Positions 27,324-37,877 of a stretch of 51,147 bases of DNA are shown here, one piece after another; within the stretch, counting starts at the first letter, position 1; every line of letters starts with the position of its first letter. Below the pieces are notes generated by a model. That model ran no database searches. It saw nothing but the letters and a program-made list of their open reading frames with translations, and had not been told where the DNA came from. A program made the position numbers and the translations under genes. Source of the stretch: a virus (taxonomy: Duplodnaviria; Caudoviricetes); IMG/VR virus record IMGVR_UViG_3300030372_004704, positions 1-51,147 of that record; one strand, written 5' to 3'.

Positions 27324-30300
27324 TATTTAAGCGTCTTAAGTCTATAAACAAATGAGATTGAATCTACATTTCCTTTTTGATTTCTTAATTTTATTTGCAT
27401 AGAACTCCCTTTTGCTCCTCTAGGGAATTTTAAAGAAGCTCCTACATATCTAATAGATGCATGCTCCCAACTTTGGTCTGTAGCTAATACAGAATCAAAG
27501 TCAACAGGATTAGTTCCTAATTGCCCTCTTTCACATAAAACTTCAACTCTTTGGATAGTCCCATTTGCATTCCATAAAAAATAAACACTTTTTACTTTTA
27601 CTATTTCTGATACACTTCTATTATTACTACTATTTGTCATTTCCATATATAAATATTGACCAGGAGAAATATATTTCAAATGCTCTATTTCACCATTTTT
27701 AACAGGATTTTTATTACTAGTTAAAGTTCCAGATACAAATTCTGGCATTGAATCAGGGTTTAAAACAAAAGAATCAGTTTGAGTGCCCAAAGGAGTTATA
27801 GCTCCTTTACTAGGTAATGCACTCATTATAGTATATACAGCTCCAGAATCAGCACTACTAGATTGTCCTGTATAATTTTGGTCAGCAGAAAAATTTGCTA
27901 TTGGTTCAGATATAGGATAGTTTTTATTTTGTAAAGTCATTTTTTGTTGAACACCATCTAAATAAACTTTTATATCATCATTTGCTCCTCCAGATAAATC
28001 TTCAATAGTAGGCGAACCTGCAAATTTTATACTTTTAAAAGTTTTTTTAGCAGCTAAAGTTCCCATATCAAATAATTTACTATCCCAAGACCATGTTCTT
28101 TTTTTATGATTACTATTTCTAAAGTTCCAAATTTGATGACCATCAAGTAATATTGTTTCACCATCTCTTCCAAGACAAGTTGTTTTTATAGCTGGCATAT
28201 CTAAATAATCCCATCTTCCCTTTTTGAAACTATAACAATAAGCTCTTGAAGATTCATCTGTGTAACTTGAAACACCTTCATTATATCCTTGTATTATAAA
28301 ATAAACACAATGATTCTTCCCGTCAAATTGAACAAGTGGTTGATAACCTTCTTGTAAAGCTTTTTCTATAGCTCTTTTATATCCTACATTTCCCTCTGGA
28401 TTAGATTCATTATATAATACAGCATCTCCTATAGGTTCAGCAGAAGTTCCGTTATGATGATACATATTATTTGCATCACAGAAAAACATTCCATAGTCAG
28501 TAACAACAACTGATTTTGAGTTTAATATACCTATACCTTCATTTACAGATTCTATAAAAAATTGGTCAGGATTTACTCTGTATAAATATTCTCTAGAAAA
28601 TACATATAATTTCCCTCCCCATCCAGCTAATGCTAAAGGTTTAGAAGGCATTGCTAAAAGGTCGCTAGCCCAATTAAATACTGAAAACTTACCTGGTTGA
28701 GACCTAAATATAAAATTATCTATATCTGACTGTTCTGGATGCCATGCTCCAGAAACGAAAAGAAAATCGTTAACTGAAGCTGAAATAGAATGATTTATAC
28801 TAGTATTTAAAACAGTTTCTGGAATACCTGTAATAGACTCATATGTTCCAAAAGACTTTTTGTCTTGAATTACAGCTACATACCTCCCAGTCTCATCAAG
28901 TTGAAATTGTCCTGTGGTTGATAAATTTAATTGTTTTATAAATCTAAATTCATCATATGAGTTGTTTCTTCTCCAAACTAATAAATCAGTAACTCTTTTA
29001 CTTAATCCCATCTTCGAAGGACTTGGTAATTTTATAGTAAGAGTCATACCCTCATAATTTTCACCTAAAGAGCCTTCTATAAAGCTTTCAGCTATACCAT
29101 CACCATCAGTATCTAATGAACCTGTGTTAGTACCACCACCACTATCTATAATATCCCAAGATTCACTACTAAGAGGACTGTCTTGGAATCCATCGTATAA
29201 ATAAGACAATCTATATTCAGGGACATCTCCTATTCTAAACTCTCCTACACCTTCTAAATCAACACCCATTTCTTCTATAGAAATATCATGAATTGTTTGT
29301 GATTTATTATGCACTCCTGGTGAAGTTAAATCTGAACCTGAAGCTGTATCAGTATCTGAAGTATTAGTTCCTGCTGTAGAACCTATAAACTCACTAGGAT
29401 ATCTTGTAGCCAATTGTGCTCCTGCTAGGTTATCAAACCCATATGGAGTAACTTCTGTATCAGTAGCAGCATAATTGTAAAATCTATCATAATTATAACA
29501 AGGAACATTTCTTGATTCAGCATCAGTTCCCATTGTTTGCCATTGACTTCTTCTAAAAATAGATATAATAGTTTTTTTATTTTCACTGTCACCACCTAAA
29601 TACAACGGACAATATAAATCGTAAGTACTACCAGCTAAAAAATCAGCTGGAGTTAAATTAAAAAATTTAGGATTTTTATTTATAAGTCTTCTTTTTGAAT
29701 TTCTTGTATCCCCTTCTGAATCGGTTTTATGAAAAGGTCTCATAGGACCTAAATTCTTATTTACAATTGTTTTATGCCATAATGTTGCGTCTTCTTCCCA
29801 TGGAGGTTGGTAGTCTGTTTTTGATACACTATAAGCACCAACCATACTTTCAGCATCGTCGTCACTTCCTACTGTGCCAGATATTAAAAGTGCTGAAGCT
29901 AAAAAATTTGCACCACCATAAGTGTCATAAACAGCCATATTATCTACATTATGCAAATTTATAAACCTTTGTTTTTCTTCATCGTAATCATAATCAATAA
30001 AAGAATTATCAATACTTCTCATAGCACATCTTGGATTTCTTGCTTGATTAGATTCCCAATAACTTCCACCATAAGTCTTCCAATCGGTATCTCCTGATAA
30101 AGTAGACCAACATTGAACTATTCTTCTATTTTCCCATTTAGTTCCTATTGGAGCGTTAACTCCAGAAACAATTGTACTAGGACTTGCTTCACTTAAAAAG
30201 TAATCAGAAGAATCTGGATAAAATCCTCTAACTCTAGTTCTTGTATCCTCACTACCTTCAGGTCCAGAATTATTTGCATGCCAAGTAAAATATCCAGAAC

Positions 30301-33300
30301 CATCTACACCTCCATTAGTCATATTTGTATGATTGTAAGGATAGCTAAAGCTAGTATTAATATCTTCACCATCAATATTGTCATGTGAGCCATAAGTATA
30401 AGCAGTATTAAATATTCTCAGTCTATCAGAAGTACATTCTTGTAAATAATTATTTCCATGCCAGTTGTCTAAATTTGCTATATCAGCATGAGGGCTTCTT
30501 GTATAAAATCCAATATTTTCTACACTACTCCAAGTATTTGTTACATTTATATAATGCCCATAACCATCTTGGCCTTTATAACTATCCCAAGTACTCCATA
30601 TACTATTTGATTCATGTGAATCTATATCTATTTGATTTGTCCCATTTTTATCATGACCATATCTAAATTGGCTATAAGCAGAGTGTCCTTGAGAAGGTGA
30701 AACCGCATTATCTGTACCAAAATTCGCTTCTACATCAATTTGTTTTGTTCCATCACTATCAATTATACCAGGTCTCCCTTGAGTTTCACTGCCAGAGTTC
30801 CATCTTGTTGTTACAGAATCAGTATATTGGTCAGATGTTCCAGATGGAGCTGGTGGAGAAAAGGCTACTGGACTATCATGACATTGAAAAGCTATTGTTT
30901 CGTTATCGTATAATCTAGTTGTTCCTCCATCTATTGTTCCCCATGTATACAAACCCGTATGAGTACCTAAACCCCAAGTGCCAGGTCTGTCATGCATACA
31001 TCCAATCCGACCTCCATATGTAACAAATTCTCCAGATACCTTGCATATATAATTTACTTGATGTGCAACTTTTGTTGAGCCATTATCCCATACTGAATCA
31101 ACATAATCTTCTCCAGCATTAAACCATTCTAAATGAAAAGGTTTCAAAGCATGTCTAAAAGTTTTTGTTACTCTAGGTTTTTGATAACTAGAATCAAAAG
31201 AACTATTTAACCAACCTATATTTTGTCCTAATTTTATAGAAGTATTTTCACCTGCATAATGAGGCATATCACAGTAACCATCAGAATTAGTGGAACAATC
31301 TTGAAGTCTAAGCGCATCATCCCAAGGTCTATAACTTCCAGTTTCTAAAGCATGCCAAAATCCAGCAGGGTCTTTAAACATAGCGCATCCTCTTGCATTC
31401 CTAGTTTTATAAAAATCCCCATAATATAACTTTCTATAAGAACTATCTCTTAGTACTGCTCCAAAAGAACCTGTGCCAGTTTGCCCATCTTCACCATACA
31501 TTAATTCACCTTCTAATTTTGCTTGCACTGAATCTGTATCTTTTACAAATAAATGAGAACCTAAAAATCTTGTGTTCCAGTTATCCATAGATGTTCCATC
31601 ACCAACTAAAGCCTCAACTTTATGAGCTACTAAATAATCTATATTACTTTGTGTCGAATCATATGCTATTAAATTTAAATGATACTTAGCCGCACCATCA
31701 GCCTCAGAAATATTAAGTATTCTTTCAGCATTAGTTAGTGTAGCATCACCAGGACCCTTATCTGCTACTTGGTTTAGTACTCCCTCATTAGATGTCATTG
31801 GATGACAAGTTATTTGAAATTTATCTTTAGGAAAGTATATAGGGTCATCAGTAAGAGGCCTAGAATGACCAGTTGCTTTTGGGTCTAAAACCATGGATGC
31901 ACATTCTTGATAAGGAGGAGTTTTATCAAACATAAAAGCACTTGCATTAGTGCCTTCTTTTAGTTCTGTTGGCCTTATATTATAAAGAAATAAATCCCAT
32001 TTATCATAAGTATCTTCTGGATTTACTTTTTTATACCCAAGCCAAACTCTCCATTTTCCATTACCAGCTCCACTAACAGCCTGGTCATCTAAATGAGCTC
32101 TATTAGAATAAGTTTCACAAACACTTCCTATATAAGAATCTAAAGGTCTATTACTCCAAGTTCTATCAACCCATTCATGTGTACCTGATGTACCGTCAGG
32201 ATTTCTTATAGACCAATAAGGTTCTTCTATTAAACCCTTTCCTGATAAATCACTAACTAAAGATTCGTGTATTCTTGTAAAATTTAATTCATATGTAGTA
32301 GCTGAAACTCTTGGGTTATCTGCATCTTGACCATGCCAATTAACAACATCTAACATCCATATCATAGATGAATGATTAGGATTAGAAGATGTTATCCACA
32401 ATTTTCCATGACCTGCGTAATGATTTTTAGTATAAGCACTTACTACAGGACTACCAGATGTTCCAGTTTCTGCACTAGAAGATTTTATAGTAAAAGTAGT
32501 GTTTTCTTCAGAAATTATTTGATGAGTTCCGTTATAATCATCATGAGAACCAGATATAGTTATCCAATCATCAACTATTAAACTATGACTTCCTATAGTA
32601 AAAGTAGTTGTTGTTGTAGTAGCAGATATATTAGTAATTGCAACATTGTTTAAAGTTACTACTCTTCCATTAATATGACCTTCGCCATCTGTACTTATAC
32701 AATTAGCAATAGTACCTATTGTAAATCCTGTTTCATTTATTACATCACTTAAATCAATACTTGTTATTCTAGATAGAAAAGCTGTGCTAGAAGTTGTGTT
32801 CCCCGTATTTCCTGATGTAGAATATGTATATTGATTATTTGCGCTTGTTATATCTGCATCATTACATTCAGATAAGGCTATTCTGTATAATTTTGTACCA
32901 TCATTTTCTATACCATAAGCCCAAGCTGGAGCCGAATGATGTGCATTGGTGCTATCATGGTCAGAATCATTTCCTAATAAAGAGCCTACATAAAGAAGTC
33001 TTGGATAACTTTGTTTATCACCATAAGAATTAGTTCTACTGTCATGACCTTCTCCAGTACCAGAAGGTACAGTAACTACTTGAAATAAATCTCCATCATG
33101 TAGTTCAACACCTTCTGCACTTTCGTCATCTATTACAGAAGTATCAGCAAATCCTATCTCTTTTATTTTTCTTAATTCAAATAAAGCATCTCCTGCTGCT
33201 GTAGCTCCTGTACTTCCGAAATTATCTCTAGCTCTTTGTTTTGCAACTGCTCCTTCCGTTCCTATATTAACCCTAAGTATCATACCTCTTTTTAAACTTT

Positions 33301-34603
33301 GCCAATGAAAATTATCAGCTCCATCGTCACTTGCAGCTGACCAGTCAGGTTCATATGCAACACTAGCATTTGCTAAACATTTCATTACCCATCCATTTAA
33401 ACTTCTATGGCATGATGGACTTCCAGTTGCTTCTACATCACCACCTCCAAAACTAGCCCCTCTTGAACCATCTCCATATAAACTAGCAGCTCCCGCTATC
33501 ATTCCGTTTGAACTTTTCATACCAGAATGTAGTAAAGGAATTGCTACATTATCAAAATCTAAACCTCCAAATTTAACTGAAGGCTCAATACAAGCAGAAT
33601 TTTCTAAAAAAGTACCATCATGTTCTTCATTTAACTGTTTTCTTTTTATCTGCCCAAACCATTTACTAGGTCTTATACTTGAACTTCCTGTTCCTATATA
33701 TAAATTCTTATTTCTTTCTACAGCATTAATACTATAAGCTCCATCATTTCCTAAAGGAGCTTCTATTTCATTAAATTCAATATTTGAACCATAAATATTT
33801 TCTGCATAAATTGCTCTATGTCCTGAAACACCAAAAAACATATGGCCATTATCTTTTAATATTAACTTTGCAAACCTAAAATTAAAATCACTGTTATAAT
33901 CTAAAGGATAAATCCCACTACCTATAACATTAGGATAGTCACCTTGTACATCAGGAGTTGAAAAATAAGTAGTATTTATATGGTTTGAAGATGGGCCAGA
34001 AGTACTTATAGTTGGTAAATCTCCATAGTAGTTTGATGAAAATTTTATATGTAATTTTTCTAATATAGTCTCCACTTGTGCATTATACCAGGTACTTGAT
34101 ATTTCATTGTATAAAAAACTTCCTACTGGAGGGCCTAATGTTGTAAGTTTGGCTGATATTTTTGTAGCTATATCTGTAGTCGATGTAGAGCCTGTAAGTT
34201 CTATTCTTACATGTTCTTGAAATTGCCTAAAAATAGCATTATCATATTCACCTTGTCTAGCGTTATTTCCATCAATCCAATCTGTTGTACTGGCATCTTG
34301 AGCTAACCATACCCAATATCTTTGATTATAAGTATCAAAATGAAACCATTGTCTTTGATAATTATTTACATTGAAACTTCCGCTATGTTCTTTTATTTGA
34401 AGTCTATAAACTTGGTATCTAGGATTAGACCATCCTGCACCACTAGCAAGCCTATCTTCTTTTATAGATGTTAAAGCGCCTAACTTTGAATTAGATTCAA
34501 TATTTAAAGAATAAACAGCAGACTCTTTAGGAACATCTAAAGTAGAAGGAGAACTTATAACCCCTGTATTAAAGGCTTTTATTTCTTCTAATTCTTTAGG
34601 CAT
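27323..34603 (-). CDS. Large tail protein (tail tubular B/nozzle-like ends with very large central insertion)
   Basis: N-terminal EIKAFNTG...ESAVYSLN and C-terminal beta-propeller-like region (GGKLYVFS, EGIGI, GMFFCD, WSWDSKLFDMG) resemble podoviral nozzle/stabilisation proteins. Confidence 0.6.
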   Translation of the reverse strand: MPKELEEIKAFNTGVISSPSTLDVPKESAVYSLNIESNSKLGALTSIKEDRLASGAGWSNPRYQVYRLQIKEHSGSFNVNNYQRQWFHFDTYNQRYWVWLAQDASTTDWIDGNNARQGEYDNAIFRQFQEHVRIELTGSTSTTDIATKISAKLTTLGPPVGSFLYNEISSTWYNAQVETILEKLHIKFSSNYYGDLPTISTSGPSSNHINTTYFSTPDVQGDYPNVIGSGIYPLDYNSDFNFRFAKLILKDNGHMFFGVSGHRAIYAENIYGSNIEFNEIEAPLGNDGAYSINAVERNKNLYIGTGSSSIRPSKWFGQIKRKQLNEEHDGTFLENSACIEPSVKFGGLDFDNVAIPLLHSGMKSSNGMIAGAASLYGDGSRGASFGGGDVEATGSPSCHRSLNGWVMKCLANASVAYEPDWSAASDDGADNFHWQSLKRGMILRVNIGTEGAVAKQRARDNFGSTGATAAGDALFELRKIKEIGFADTSVIDDESAEGVELHDGDLFQVVTVPSGTGEGHDSRTNSYGDKQSYPRLLYVGSLLGNDSDHDSTNAHHSAPAWAYGIENDGTKLYRIALSECNDADITSANNQYTYSTSGNTGNTTSSTAFLSRITSIDLSDVINETGFTIGTIANCISTDGEGHINGRVVTLNNVAITNISATTTTTTFTIGSHSLIVDDWITISGSHDDYNGTHQIISEENTTFTIKSSSAETGTSGSPVVSAYTKNHYAGHGKLWITSSNPNHSSMIWMLDVVNWHGQDADNPRVSATTYELNFTRIHESLVSDLSGKGLIEEPYWSIRNPDGTSGTHEWVDRTWSNRPLDSYIGSVCETYSNRAHLDDQAVSGAGNGKWRVWLGYKKVNPEDTYDKWDLFLYNIRPTELKEGTNASAFMFDKTPPYQECASMVLDPKATGHSRPLTDDPIYFPKDKFQITCHPMTSNEGVLNQVADKGPGDATLTNAERILNISEADGAAKYHLNLIAYDSTQSNIDYLVAHKVEALVGDGTSMDNWNTRFLGSHLFVKDTDSVQAKLEGELMYGEDGQTGTGSFGAVLRDSSYRKLYYGDFYKTRNARGCAMFKDPAGFWHALETGSYRPWDDALRLQDCSTNSDGYCDMPHYAGENTSIKLGQNIGWLNSSFDSSYQKPRVTKTFRHALKPFHLEWFNAGEDYVDSVWDNGSTKVAHQVNYICKVSGEFVTYGGRIGCMHDRPGTWGLGTHTGLYTWGTIDGGTTRLYDNETIAFQCHDSPVAFSPPAPSGTSDQYTDSVTTRWNSGSETQGRPGIIDSDGTKQIDVEANFGTDNAVSPSQGHSAYSQFRYGHDKNGTNQIDIDSHESNSIWSTWDSYKGQDGYGHYINVTNTWSSVENIGFYTRSPHADIANLDNWHGNNYLQECTSDRLRIFNTAYTYGSHDNIDGEDINTSFSYPYNHTNMTNGGVDGSGYFTWHANNSGPEGSEDTRTRVRGFYPDSSDYFLSEASPSTIVSGVNAPIGTKWENRRIVQCWSTLSGDTDWKTYGGSYWESNQARNPRCAMRSIDNSFIDYDYDEEKQRFINLHNVDNMAVYDTYGGANFLASALLISGTVGSDDDAESMVGAYSVSKTDYQPPWEEDATLWHKTIVNKNLGPMRPFHKTDSEGDTRNSKRRLINKNPKFFNLTPADFLAGSTYDLYCPLYLGGDSENKKTIISIFRRSQWQTMGTDAESRNVPCYNYDRFYNYAATDTEVTPYGFDNLAGAQLATRYPSEFIGSTAGTNTSDTDTASGSDLTSPGVHNKSQTIHDISIEEMGVDLEGVGEFRIGDVPEYRLSYLYDGFQDSPLSSESWDIIDSGGGTNTGSLDTDGDGIAESFIEGSLGENYEGMTLTIKLPSPSKMGLSKRVTDLLVWRRNNSYDEFRFIKQLNLSTTGQFQLDETGRYVAVIQDKKSFGTYESITGIPETVLNTSINHSISASVNDFLFVSGAWHPEQSDIDNFIFRSQPGKFSVFNWASDLLAMPSKPLALAGWGGKLYVFSREYLYRVNPDQFFIESVNEGIGILNSKSVVVTDYGMFFCDANNMYHHNGTSAEPIGDAVLYNESNPEGNVGYKRAIEKALQEGYQPLVQFDGKNHCVYFIIQGYNEGVSSYTDESSRAYCYSFKKGRWDYLDMPAIKTTCLGRDGETILLDGHQIWNFRNSNHKKRTWSWDSKLFDMGTLAAKKTFKSIKFAGSPTIEDLSGGANDDIKVYLDGVQQKMTLQNKNYPISEPIANFSADQNYTGQSSSADSGAVYTIMSALPSKGAITPLGTQTDSFVLNPDSMPEFVSGTLTSNKNPVKNGEIEHLKYISPGQYLYMEMTNSSNNRSVSEIVKVKSVYFLWNANGTIQRVEVLCERGQLGTNPVDFDSVLATDQSWEHASIRYVGASLKFPRGAKGSSMQIKLRNQKGNVDSISFVYRLKTLK

Positions 34604-34604
34604 A

Positions 34605-35081
34605 TTAAGTAGTCGCTATATATACTTCAATATCACAAGATGCTGTATCAGCTTTAGCTGTTATATTTACTAAATCGCCTAACTGGTCTGTAGAAGAAGC
34701 TGCTGTATCTTTAGAATCGAAAGTATTTACAACTCCACCATCTAAATTAGCATTATAAATATATGACTGTCCTTTATCTAAAAGCACAATAAACGTATCA
34801 TTATCTTCATTTTTAAATGTTAAATATATATGATTCGTATCATCAAGATTTGTTATTCTGATATATCTAACATTACCTTCTATATATTGCCCAGCAGCTT
34901 CTGTACTAGGATGAAATGTTAAGATATACTCTTCTGATGTAGTAGCAGTCATTAAACGCTTTACAACATTCTTTATTCCAGTTATAGAAAAAGAGTTCAT
35001 AGAACCCCTATCCTGTCCTCCAAGTATAATACCTTCTTGTAGCTTTACAGTTAATGTGGCTGTCGAAAATGACCTAGCCAT
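34605..35081 (-). CDS. Putative structural protein
   Basis: 158-aa beta-rich ORF (VRYIRITNLDDTN) in the virion module. Confidence 0.5.
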   Translation of the reverse strand: MARSFSTATLTVKLQEGIILGGQDRGSMNSFSITGIKNVVKRLMTATTSEEYILTFHPSTEAAGQYIEGNVRYIRITNLDDTNHIYLTFKNEDNDTFIVLLDKGQSYIYNANLDGGVVNTFDSKDTAASSTDQLGDLVNITAKADTASCDIEVYIATT

Positions 35082-35262
35082 TGTCTTCCTCCTTCTTATA
35101 ATTACATTTTAAATTTTCTAATACTTTTGTTCTTCTTTCTAATTCTTCTACCTTTGTATCTAATTCGTTTTTATCAAATACATATGACATTATTTTATCC
35201 AGCTTAAAATGTTTTACCATTTGATTTGCAACTGTATTTATAAGCATTTTAGGTATTATCAT
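35074..35262 (-). CDS. Small coiled-coil protein
   Basis: 62 aa, overlapping both neighbours. Confidence 0.55.
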   Translation of the reverse strand: MIIPKMLINTVANQMVKHFKLDKIMSYVFDKNELDTKVEELERRTKVLENLKCNYKKEEDNG

Positions 35263-35507
35263 TCTAATTCCATTAACAACTCTTCTAGTCTATCAAATCT
35301 AGTGTCAAGCTGTGTTTCTATTTTAGCAACACTTACTTTTAAATTAGTAATTTCTTTTTCATTACTTTTAACTCTTACAACAGTTTTTTCAGATTGAGTC
35401 TCAAGTGTATCTATTTTACTTGAATAAGTTCCTGTAGTAAAAAACAAAGTACCTGCTACTGTTACTATAGTGAATATATTTCCTACACTTATAGTTGTAT
35501 CAATCAT
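35259..35507 (-). CDS. Membrane-anchored coiled-coil protein (lysis-associated candidate)
   Basis: N-terminal hydrophobic segment followed by a coiled coil. Confidence 0.5.
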   Translation of the reverse strand: MIDTTISVGNIFTIVTVAGTLFFTTGTYSSKIDTLETQSEKTVVRVKSNEKEITNLKVSVAKIETQLDTRFDRLEELLMELE

Positions 35508-35808
35508 CGTGCATTCCTCCTTTTTCCATCATTCTTAAGAACTTATCTTTCAATCCATTACCCGATAGTCTTGCTATTATCTCTACTTGAGCTTTAAATA
35601 TTCCATTAAGTTTCTTTTGTTCCATTTGTACCAACTTTTGTTGGTCTATTAGTTTTATAATAATACCTTCCAACCTCTTGAAGTCTTGGTCTAGTTCGTT
35701 CATAAGAGTAGATTGGATGAACCTGTTTTGTTTCCAAATAAAGAACCCGAACGCCATCGCTACTGCGACTGGTATCCCAAATTGTTCCAAGATTGTAAGT
35801 ATGTCCAT
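35500..35808 (-). CDS. Holin-like membrane protein
   Basis: LEQFGIPVAVAMAFGFFIWKQ single transmembrane segment followed by a coiled coil. Confidence 0.55.
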   Translation of the reverse strand: MDILTILEQFGIPVAVAMAFGFFIWKQNRFIQSTLMNELDQDFKRLEGIIIKLIDQQKLVQMEQKKLNGIFKAQVEIIARLSGNGLKDKFLRMMEKGGMHDD

Positions 35809-36599
35809 TATTTATTCCCATCTATTAGCTCCCCCCATAATGAGGTTTTGCCATTAATTATTTGTACTATATGTACAGTAAATAAACCTCCTCTAAAGTA
35901 ATCAACTACTGCAAAAGCATGTGCCCAATTTATAGCTTTACCACCAAGCCATTTATTTTTTTCAGGACTCATATCTTTTAAACATCCCATACTCCAAGCA
36001 GACTTTGGCCCATCTATATGAGTTACAGAAGCTTGCTGTAATCCGTGATGATGGCCATACATTACATTTGCACCTAACATTAAATGTGCTTTAGCATGAT
36101 GCATACCAGACTTATGGTGCCCATGATAATAATGTAATTTACCTATCTTTAACCATTTTTTAGGCTCTAAATCAGCAGGATAATACTTATATCCTCTTTC
36201 CTTTAATTTAACAGCTGTATCAAACTGGTATTGTGGTAAATATGGATGTTCATTAACAAACATATTACACCATTCATCATGATTACCTCCGCATAAGTAT
36301 TTTTCTTTACAATCTACTTTATCCAAAGATTCATCTATATTATCAAGAAGCTCATTGACAGCTTTAACATCTTTGTCAACTCTAGGTATAATGTACTCTA
36401 ATGGTGGTTTTTTCTTAGCTTTCCACTGCCAATGAGATACACTACCCCATTCACCTAAATCACCCAAATCTATATAGATATCAGGCTTAATTATTTCTAT
36501 TGCTTTCTTTACAACATTAATTGCTGCTTTGTCGTGTAAAGGTGCATGTTTGTCTGGTGTGACTATTGCACGCTTTAAAACTCCTTTATCTTTCGCCAT
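35808..36599 (-). CDS. Calcineurin-like metallophosphoesterase
   Basis: PDKH, LGDLGE, GNHD, YHGH and GHHH motifs. Confidence 0.88.
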   Translation of the reverse strand: MAKDKGVLKRAIVTPDKHAPLHDKAAINVVKKAIEIIKPDIYIDLGDLGEWGSVSHWQWKAKKKPPLEYIIPRVDKDVKAVNELLDNIDESLDKVDCKEKYLCGGNHDEWCNMFVNEHPYLPQYQFDTAVKLKERGYKYYPADLEPKKWLKIGKLHYYHGHHKSGMHHAKAHLMLGANVMYGHHHGLQQASVTHIDGPKSAWSMGCLKDMSPEKNKWLGGKAINWAHAFAVVDYFRGGLFTVHIVQIINGKTSLWGELIDGNK

Positions 36600-36606
36600 A
36601 ACTCTC

Positions 36607-36921
36607 CTAATTTAGTTCTTTGTCTACTTCTCCCCAATCATTGGGATTAGTCCAGGCGGAAGTCGCGTCTTCCAAGAGTTTAAGTGTTTCGTTTCTACCT
36701 AATCTTAAAAACCTATCACCACATTTTAAACATTGCCATAATAAGTTACCATCATAGGTACCTATTATTTCCAAACCTGCAATACTCTTTTTATCGCATG
36801 TAGGGCATTTTTTAGGCCTTGTTTGAAACGTCTCATTACTTTCAATACCAATTCTTTCAATTATATCTCCCTTTTCTCTATCGGTTATATCATTAAGTAA
36901 AACGAATAACTTTTCTATCAT
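36607..36921 (-). CDS. Zinc-ribbon protein
   Basis: CPTC...WQCLKCG. Confidence 0.7.
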   Translation of the reverse strand: MIEKLFVLLNDITDREKGDIIERIGIESNETFQTRPKKCPTCDKKSIAGLEIIGTYDGNLLWQCLKCGDRFLRLGRNETLKLLEDATSAWTNPNDWGEVDKELN

Positions 36922-37100
36922 TATTTTAAAATAGCTTCTTTTACAACATCTTCAACAGAATCATATATTGCAACCAATATTTTTTCTTCTGTTTTTTCTG
37001 ATATAAAAGGTACATCTACATTATCATTTAACTTTTTAATGATTTTTTCTTTCATTTCATCGTTAAATATATAGTCTGCTATCATTTCTTTTAAATCCAT
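36921..37100 (-). CDS. Small hypothetical protein (59 aa, not in ORF track)
   Basis: AAGGAG SD; MDLKEMIADYIFNDEMKEKIIKKLNDNVDVPFISEKTEEKIL...; TAATG coupling. Confidence 0.7.
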   Translation of the reverse strand: MDLKEMIADYIFNDEMKEKIIKKLNDNVDVPFISEKTEEKILVAIYDSVEDVVKEAILK

Positions 37101-37112
37101 GTTATCTCCTTA

Positions 37113-37877
37113 TTAAAAGTCATAGGGTTTTATAAACCCTGTAGTTGTTTTAGTTCGTTCAAATATTTTTATTCTTTGTAGTCCTTTCATAAAATCATCC
37201 ATAAATACTTGGTGAGCTTGTAAATCTAAATTTGGAGGAAACTTATAACCATAAGCTATAGCCCCAGTTGCTAATATTTCATGAAATTGTTCTGGTATAT
37301 CTTTTAAAGGACCACTTGTTGATAACATAGCATCATCTTGGTCTGTTCCTGCAGCAGATTGTGTAAATCTACTTCCAAATGTATCTGCATAAATTCTTAT
37401 ATTAGATGTTCCAGTTATAGAACAAGATTGATAATTACTTGTTCTACCATCTCTTGTAACAGCACTTGTTATTTTTTCAACTATACCAAGTCTTTTATTC
37501 TTTGCTGAAGATACAACATTAGTATCATAATCACTAATCATCCAAAATCGTTTATTATCAGAATTTGCAGTAGGAGTAGGCAGTGCTGTATCAGCACTAT
37601 CATTTGGATTAGATATTTCGTCATCTTGTATTATAGGTTGGCCTATAAGTTTAGGTATTCTAACATCATTAAATTCAACTTTATCTATTTTAATAATACT
37701 AGAATCTAATCCATACCATCTTTGACCAGCTATAGAATTAAGTAAAAATGTTTTTTTAATAGCACCAGTTTTTTCAGCTATTCTATCAGCAGCCATTTCA
37801 ATATACATTTCATATTGCCTACCAGAAACATCTGGATGGTGCATTTTTATTAATTCTGTTATTTGTATTTTGTTCAT
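37113..37877 (-). CDS. Head-tail adaptor / tail tubular protein A-like
   Basis: SIAGQRWYGL and DIPEQFHEILATGAIA patterns typical of podoviral adaptors; position fits. Confidence 0.65.
   Translation of the reverse strand: MNKIQITELIKMHHPDVSGRQYEMYIEMAADRIAEKTGAIKKTFLLNSIAGQRWYGLDSSIIKIDKVEFNDVRIPKLIGQPIIQDDEISNPNDSADTALPTPTANSDNKRFWMISDYDTNVVSSAKNKRLGIVEKITSAVTRDGRTSNYQSCSITGTSNIRIYADTFGSRFTQSAAGTDQDDAMLSTSGPLKDIPEQFHEILATGAIAYGYKFPPNLDLQAHQVFMDDFMKGLQRIKIFERTKTTTGFIKPYDF

Noticed and set aside
32470-32650. Segment of the large tail protein resembling repeats often auto-annotated as 'E1 FCCH domain'
   Set aside because: It is a common phage tail beta-module (HSL.VDDWITISG...YNG) and gives no evidence of a link to the Ubl cassette.
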